A stretch of DNA of 24,000 bases, taken from an uncultured Methanosarcinales archaeon (GTDB lineage Archaea; Nanobdellota; Nanobdellia; Woesearchaeales; UBA12501). Below the pieces are notes generated by a model that was not told the origin of the DNA, did no database searches, and saw only the letters and a program-made list of their open reading frames with translations. The stretch is from contig CAYWPA010000007.1 in assembly GCA_964459835.1 (NCBI GenBank), forward strand, positions 11,662-35,661, written 5' to 3'. Below, piece by piece: positions 21,842-24,000 of this stretch. The translations under genes were made by a program, and so were the position numbers. Every line of letters starts with the position of its first letter. Within the stretch, counting starts at the first letter, position 1.

Positions 21842-24000
21842 GCAAAAAAGCACAGGTAACAACTTTTATGATTGTGGGGCTGATTTTGATAATCACAGTG
21901 CTGACTATTGTTTACTATACTTCCCAGGCAGAGGAGGCTGTTGCGGAAAAAGAGGCAGAGAAAGCTGCTTTGCCTGCAGAGGTCCTGGACGAGTTTGCGC
22001 TTTCTTCTTTAGTGAGAAGCTGCATTGCAAACGAGAGGCAGGCATTTGAAAAAATAGGGGAATTCGGAGGTTTCCTGTTGCAGCAGGAAGGAAGGCACAG
22101 GAAATACAACACAACTTACTACAACTATCACTGCTCTATAAGGCCCGGGTTTGACAAATGCACAAATAATTTAGTGTCAAGAAAGGAAATGGAAAACACT
22201 TTAGAAAGCAACATAAAAAACAGAGTAAAGCAATGCATTGATCTTTCACTGTCAAAATTTGAAGAGCAGGGCTATAATATACAAAAAGGAAATTATGAAT
22301 TAAAAGTCAGCATTGCTGTTGACGACATCAGTGTAAAGGTAAACTATCTTATGACTATAGTAAGAGATTCTACAACAATAAAATCAGGAGAATTCGGAGC
22401 AACATTCCAATATCCTTTAGGGAGGATGTATGATCTTGCAAACGAAATTTTAAATTCTGAATTAAGGAACGGATATTTTGATCAGGTTAAGTGGATTAAA
22501 GAGCACGGCGCAGAGGTTGTAATTGAAAAGCACAAGCCTTATCCGGATATTTTGTACAAATTAAAAAAATTAAATCCAGAAACAAGGGAAATATATTTCT
22601 TTAACTTTGGCTTGCAGGGAAAAGACAAGATGAAAAATCTTGCAAATCCAGAACCGCAGCCTTCTCCAGATCCTGATGCTTTCCTTGGCTGCTGTTATCT
22701 AGCAGATGGCAATGTTTATGAAAATACACAAGAAGATTTGTGCACAGGAGAATTCAAAAAAGGATTATGCGACTTGGGACGATATTTTCCTGCAGCAAGC
22801 TTTGAGGAAAAAGAGCTTTGCAATGGCTTCCCATGCAAAAGCTGCGAAAAGACTTATTCCCATGAAGATGACCCAGCCAACAGGGAGAAATGGACAGGGC
22901 CTTTAAGAAAGCACAGTGAAAGCTGGTGCGTTTACGAGGGTCCAACAGGCAATGGAAGGGATTTTGTAGGAAGCAGGCACTACAGACATTACTGCGCAAA
23001 TGGAGTTGAGTATGTGGAAGAATGTGGCGATTTCAGGACAGAGCTTTGCGCAGAAGAGCAGAATAATGTTAACGGCTATAATTTCAGGACAGCAATATGC
23101 AGGCCGAACAGATGGCAGGAATGCCATTCCATTACAAACAAAGAAGAATGCCTTGACAGGGAAAAAAGAGACTGCAGCTGGAGCGATTTGCAGGATCAGG
23201 TAATTTCTTATGGAGATTTGAATCCACCACCACAGACAAAAGAGCAGACAAGAAAATGCATTCCAGAAGTTGCTCCAGGATTAATGTTCTGGGATACTGC
23301 TTCAGCAAATGATGTCTGCAACTGGGGAAATGATGTAAGGGAATGCGACCAGACAGACTGCCCGCAGAAATGGACAGACTTCACTGCCTTGTACTGCAGT
23401 CAGCTTGGAGACTGCGGAGTGTCAAGAAATCTAAACGGAAGATTGAACAGGGAGCGAATAAGCGGAATAGGGGCAAGCATTGACAACACTTTGTTTACAC
23501 CAAGCTTTACAACATTTCCTAACCAAATCCATCAAAATGTTTTTGAAAGAATTTTCCCGAGCCAGGATGCTGCATGGGATGAATACTCTTACAAATTAAA
23601 TCTGCCTGTTTCCCCTTCAAAAAGAGATCCTGTGGAAATAACAAAAGGAATGTTCATAAATCCAGGCTATACTCACAAAGATATCTCTGTTTTTGTTCAA
23701 AAATATGCAGAATGGGTAAAAAATCTGGACATCGGAATGTTCATGTGGCAGCTAGCATTTGGAGAGAAGATAGAGCTTTACACAGTCGGAGCTTCTGTGT
23801 GCAATGCATGGAGCGCCCCAAACAGGATAGACGACTGCGGAGTCTGCAACAACAACCCATTAAGGCCTTGCACTCCATATAGGTGCTACAGCTTGGGAAG
23901 AAGCTGCTTTTACGAAGAGGATGAAAATGGAGTAGGGCTGTGCAGTTTTGGAACAGCTGATGACAGGTCTTATTACATCAAATTCAAAAGCCAGATTTCA
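21838..24000 (+). CDS. Large (more than 720 aa, 3' end outside the window) Cys-rich extracellular protein with a pilin-like class III N-terminus
   Basis: Absent from the ORF track because no stop lies in the window. I translated 721 codons from ATG 21838 by hand and found no stop. The N-terminus is MSKKAQVTTFMIVGLILIITVLTIVYY (basic, then Ala-Gln, then a hydrophobic helix). Many Cys pairs follow (LGCCYLADG, FPCKSCEK, CGVCNNNPLRPCTPYRCYSLGRSCFYEE). The listed ORFs at 21905-23203 are out-of-frame or antisense to it. Confidence 0.75.
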   Translation, partial: MSKKAQVTTFMIVGLILIITVLTIVYYTSQAEEAVAEKEAEKAALPAEVLDEFALSSLVRSCIANERQAFEKIGEFGGFLLQQEGRHRKYNTTYYNYHCSIRPGFDKCTNNLVSRKEMENTLESNIKNRVKQCIDLSLSKFEEQGYNIQKGNYELKVSIAVDDISVKVNYLMTIVRDSTTIKSGEFGATFQYPLGRMYDLANEILNSELRNGYFDQVKWIKEHGAEVVIEKHKPYPDILYKLKKLNPETREIYFFNFGLQGKDKMKNLANPEPQPSPDPDAFLGCCYLADGNVYENTQEDLCTGEFKKGLCDLGRYFPAASFEEKELCNGFPCKSCEKTYSHEDDPANREKWTGPLRKHSESWCVYEGPTGNGRDFVGSRHYRHYCANGVEYVEECGDFRTELCAEEQNNVNGYNFRTAICRPNRWQECHSITNKEECLDREKRDCSWSDLQDQVISYGDLNPPPQTKEQTRKCIPEVAPGLMFWDTASANDVCNWGNDVRECDQTDCPQKWTDFTALYCSQLGDCGVSRNLNGRLNRERISGIGASIDNTLFTPSFTTFPNQIHQNVFERIFPSQDAAWDEYSYKLNLPVSPSKRDPVEITKGMFINPGYTHKDISVFVQKYAEWVKNLDIGMFMWQLAFGEKIELYTVGASVCNAWSAPNRIDDCGVCNNNPLRPCTPYRCYSLGRSCFYEEDENGVGLCSFGTADDRSYYIKFKSQIS

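Noticed and set aside
21905-23203. Five short track ORFs (21905-22114, 21915-22112, 22706-22906, 22754-22999, 22903-23127, 23000-23203)
   Set aside because: They are antisense or out of frame relative to the uninterrupted 721-codon frame starting at 21838, which I verified codon by codon.

Overview
AT-rich archaeal chromosomal window. The archaeal call rests on RFC large subunit, an OB-fold SSB with an acidic tail, archaeal-type GlyRS, a FlaI/FlaJ-like pair, and TATA boxes about 27 nt upstream of start codons. A small-genome DPANN-like lineage is my inference only. Housekeeping genes present are GlyRS, CTP synthase, RFC-L, SSB, FKBP PPIase, an M50 protease, a stand-alone B3/B4 domain protein and tRNA-Phe.

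Five things look more interesting:
1. A divergent type IV pilus/archaellum-like assembly locus at 3188-9220. It encodes an RHH regulator, a 766-aa secretion ATPase and a 757-aa polytopic platform protein, plus two divergently transcribed coiled-coil proteins.
2. An operon at 20019 to beyond 24000 encoding cysteine-rich surface proteins. Two of them carry pilin-like (class III) N-termini. One is an ORF of more than 720 aa that is absent from the ORF track because it has no stop in the window.
3. A start-less remnant of a PilD-type prepilin peptidase N-terminal domain. It abuts a 141-bp inverted-repeat element flanked by a perfect 9-bp duplication.
4. Four intergenic imperfect palindromes of 130-165 bp, in two families, three of them with flanking direct repeats (MITE-like or structured RNA).
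5. A tRNA-Phe whose first 15 nt (17 bp with 2 upstream nt) are duplicated 87 bp upstream, exactly where the TATA box predicts transcription starts.

I saw no rRNA, CRISPR array, transposase or integrase. All homology calls come from reading motifs by eye and none was checked by a database search.
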